39,189 bases of DNA from an uncultured Collinsella sp. (GTDB lineage: Bacteria > Actinomycetota > Coriobacteriia > Coriobacteriales > Coriobacteriaceae), in contig CABQNA010000001.1 of assembly GCA_902465425.1 (NCBI GenBank), positions 1 through 39,189 on the forward strand, written 5' to 3'. The notes under the pieces are model-generated. The model searched no databases. It worked only from the letters and a program-made list of their open reading frames with translations, and had not been told where the DNA came from. Made by a program: the position numbers and the translations under genes. Shown here piece by piece: positions 36,956 to 39,189 of this stretch (position 1 is the first letter of the stretch; each line of letters opens with the position of its first letter).

Positions 36956-37765
36956 ATGTCTCGTCTGCACCTTCATATCCTCGGCAGTGGCTCTAAAGGC
37001 AACTGCGCGCTCATCGAGGGCCCGCAGGGGCTCATTATGGTCGATGACGGACTGTCTCGCCGCGAGACATTAAAGCGCATGGCAGAACTGGGGCTCTCGG
37101 CTGACAACGTCTCGGCTCTTCTCATTACTCATGAGCATAGCGATCACATCAAGGGCCTCGATGTCTGGTGCAAGCACTGGCACGGCCCCCTCTTTGCCAG
37201 CAGGGGCACTCTTTCGAACAAAGAAAATCTTTCGCATCTGCCTGTCGAGGAATTCGATCCCGGTGACACCCTTTCCATTGCCGGCATCCACGTGCAAACC
37301 TACTCAACATCACACGATGTCATCAATCCAGTCGGCTATCGATTCAATGCTCTCGATGATTCCATCGGCTTTGCCACCGACACCGGAGAGCTATCGAGCC
37401 AAGCCATGAACACCCTCAAAGATTGTCGAGTCCTCGCGCTCGAAAGCAACCACGATGCGACCATGCTGCGCGAGGGAGAATATCCCCGCTTTCTTCAGGA
37501 GCGCATCCTGTCTGCAAGGGGACACCTCTCCAATGGCCAAGCCGCCGAAGCCGCGCGCGAACTTGTTACCGATCGCACCGAACAGCTCATTGCCATGCAT
37601 ATCAGCCAAGATAACAATCGTCCGAGCCTTACCGTCAAAAGCTATGCCAAAGCTCTGGCCGCAACCCTGGATGACGAGCTCGGCAGCTCCGCCACCCTTC
37701 TCCAAGGATCGCGAAAACTCTCGATACGCCCCGCAAGCCAGTATCGGCCAGCAACCATTCAATAG
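36956..37765 (+). CDS. MBL-fold metallo-hydrolase (YycJ/WalJ-like)
   Basis: SGSKGN, THEHSDH, SHD, TDTG, LESNHD and GHLSN. Confidence 0.93.
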   Translation: MSRLHLHILGSGSKGNCALIEGPQGLIMVDDGLSRRETLKRMAELGLSADNVSALLITHEHSDHIKGLDVWCKHWHGPLFASRGTLSNKENLSHLPVEEFDPGDTLSIAGIHVQTYSTSHDVINPVGYRFNALDDSIGFATDTGELSSQAMNTLKDCRVLALESNHDATMLREGEYPRFLQERILSARGHLSNGQAAEAARELVTDRTEQLIAMHISQDNNRPSLTVKSYAKALAATLDDELGSSATLLQGSRKLSIRPASQYRPATIQ

Positions 37766-37779
37766 ACTGTCCTAAACAG

Positions 37780-37815
37780 CAAAAGGGGCCGGGAATCGCT
37801 TCCCAGCCCCTTTTG
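37780..37815. terminator. Bidirectional terminator
   Basis: CAAAAGGGGC.GGGAA/TTCCC.GCCCCTTTTG between convergent genes. Confidence 0.85.
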
Positions 37816-37847
37816 TTGTCTTTTAATAGCGAAGAACACCAACGAAG

Positions 37848-38279
37848 TTATTCGATGGAGATCTTCGTAACGTTCTTCTTCTCGACGATCTTGGGAACCG
37901 TAACGGTCAGGATGCCGTCAGCGTACTTAGCCGAGAGGCCCTCGCTCGAAGCGTCCTTAAGATACACGCCACGCGTCGCACTGTACGAGCTGAACTCCTT
38001 CTGCAGGAAGTTCTTGCCCTCGTTCTCCTCGTCTTCCTCGACATTCACGCTAATGGACAGACGGCCCTCGTTAAGCTCGACATCGATATCGTCCTTGGCG
38101 ACGCCGGTCAGATAAGCCTTGACCTCATAGCCATCGCCCTTATCCTCAACGTCAACGGGGAACGCCTTAGAGGCAATCGAGCTGTTCGCTAGGTCGCTCA
38201 TATCATCAAACAGATCGAACAGCGAGCTTGCAGAGGGACGAACGCCAAAAACCGAACGATAAGGAACCATGCTTGCCAT
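37848..38279 (-). CDS. Hsp20/alpha-crystallin small heat-shock protein
   Basis: VDVED...LTGVAKDDIDV and AKYADGILTVTVPK; RBS AGGAG. Confidence 0.95.
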   Translation of the reverse strand: MASMVPYRSVFGVRPSASSLFDLFDDMSDLANSSIASKAFPVDVEDKGDGYEVKAYLTGVAKDDIDVELNEGRLSISVNVEEDEENEGKNFLQKEFSSYSATRGVYLKDASSEGLSAKYADGILTVTVPKIVEKKNVTKISIE

Positions 38280-38556
38280 GTTTACCACTCCTTTATAGGA
38301 CTGCCGAGTCATCTTCTAGGTGACTGGGACTTCTTTTGACGCTCTTATATATGCCCACCCAGTGCTCATATATACATCGACTATAAAGTTTTTTGAGTCC
38401 AGTACTATAAGCATATCTAAGTGCGTATGACTCAGGTTTTAGGAAGGTTAAGGTTCTTTGAACCAGAGCTTAAATACCGAGTATGTCCCCAGCTACAAAT
38501 AACAAGGGGCTTACAATGAGCGCGTACACGTTGTTGGTAACGAGCTAAAGGGCATC

Positions 38557-39024
38557 ATGGACGACCAAAACCAGAACAATATGTTTATGCCGACGCAGGG
38601 GGAAGATACTTCCACGCAGCCGCCACGGTTCCATCGCCCCCACATCTCGCAAGAGCCCATTAATGATCCGGAGCCCGAGTATGTGACGAGAAATCGATAT
38701 CAAACGCTCGAGGATGCCCAAACGGGACGTAAACATATGGGCGTCGCCTCGGGAGACCCTGTATATCTGAAAGACGCACCATTATCTAAAAACAGCGCAG
38801 CTAGTGATGAGCCGATGAAAGCATCCGCCGCTCATCAACAAAGAGGTCCTCGACCAAAGCAAACCTTGACGCATTCGGCTCGCTATCTCGAAACGCCAAA
38901 ACAGGGAAAATCAATCTTCGTTTCATCAAGTAAACGACGCAAGCAGCATCGACTGACAATCCTGCTTTTGATCATTGCAGCCATAGCAGTTGCCCTTGTT
39001 ATTCGTTTTATTTTCTTTAAATAA
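38557..39024 (+). CDS. Hypothetical protein with a C-terminal membrane anchor
   Basis: RBS AAGGG; hydrophilic body, then KRRK followed by a hydrophobic C-terminal helix. Confidence 0.75.
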   Translation: MDDQNQNNMFMPTQGEDTSTQPPRFHRPHISQEPINDPEPEYVTRNRYQTLEDAQTGRKHMGVASGDPVYLKDAPLSKNSAASDEPMKASAAHQQRGPRPKQTLTHSARYLETPKQGKSIFVSSSKRRKQHRLTILLLIIAAIAVALVIRFIFFK

Positions 39025-39088
39025 AAGCTCAATACCAAAAAGAATTAAATCGTCTGGCGTAAATGAGTCATTTATGCCCGGTAAACGC

Positions 39089-39120
39089 AAAAAAGGGGGA
39101 GGCCGCGAGGCCTCCCCCTT
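39089..39120 (-). terminator. Intrinsic terminator of a minus-strand transcript entering from the right
   Basis: AAGGGGGAGGCC-GCGA-GGCCTCCCCCTT with an A-run on the left. Confidence 0.8.
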
Positions 39121-39189
39121 CTACATTCCCAATGACGGCTCGGTGCCGTCCACCGGTCAGCGGCGCCCTGGCCTCCCACGGGCTGACCC

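Overview
High-GC chromosomal segment. Gene content and style suggest Coriobacteriia, probably Collinsella-like (inference, not searched). There are about 35 CDSs. The housekeeping and metabolic genes are glmS, a larE-like gene, an EF-G paralogue, rlmD, an aminotransferase, tilS-hpt-ftsH, a YycJ-like hydrolase and hsp20. Also present are several regulators, a multidrug-type ABC transporter cut by the window edge, and a polar amino-acid ABC transporter behind two HisR-like operators. Two blocks look accessory: a Schlafen/AlbA_2-HATPase-wHTH gene bracketed by direct copies of a 46-bp repeat, and a more AT-rich sugar island with a glucitol-family PTS, FGGY kinase, class II aldolase and TIM-like isomerase but no polyol-phosphate dehydrogenase. 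The most unusual non-coding signal is a family of intergenic hairpins whose arms are unrelated in sequence but which share a 13-nt core ending GTCCC(C/T). No rRNA, tRNA, CRISPR array, transposase or integrase was recognised. All calls come from motif recognition by eye; no searches were run.
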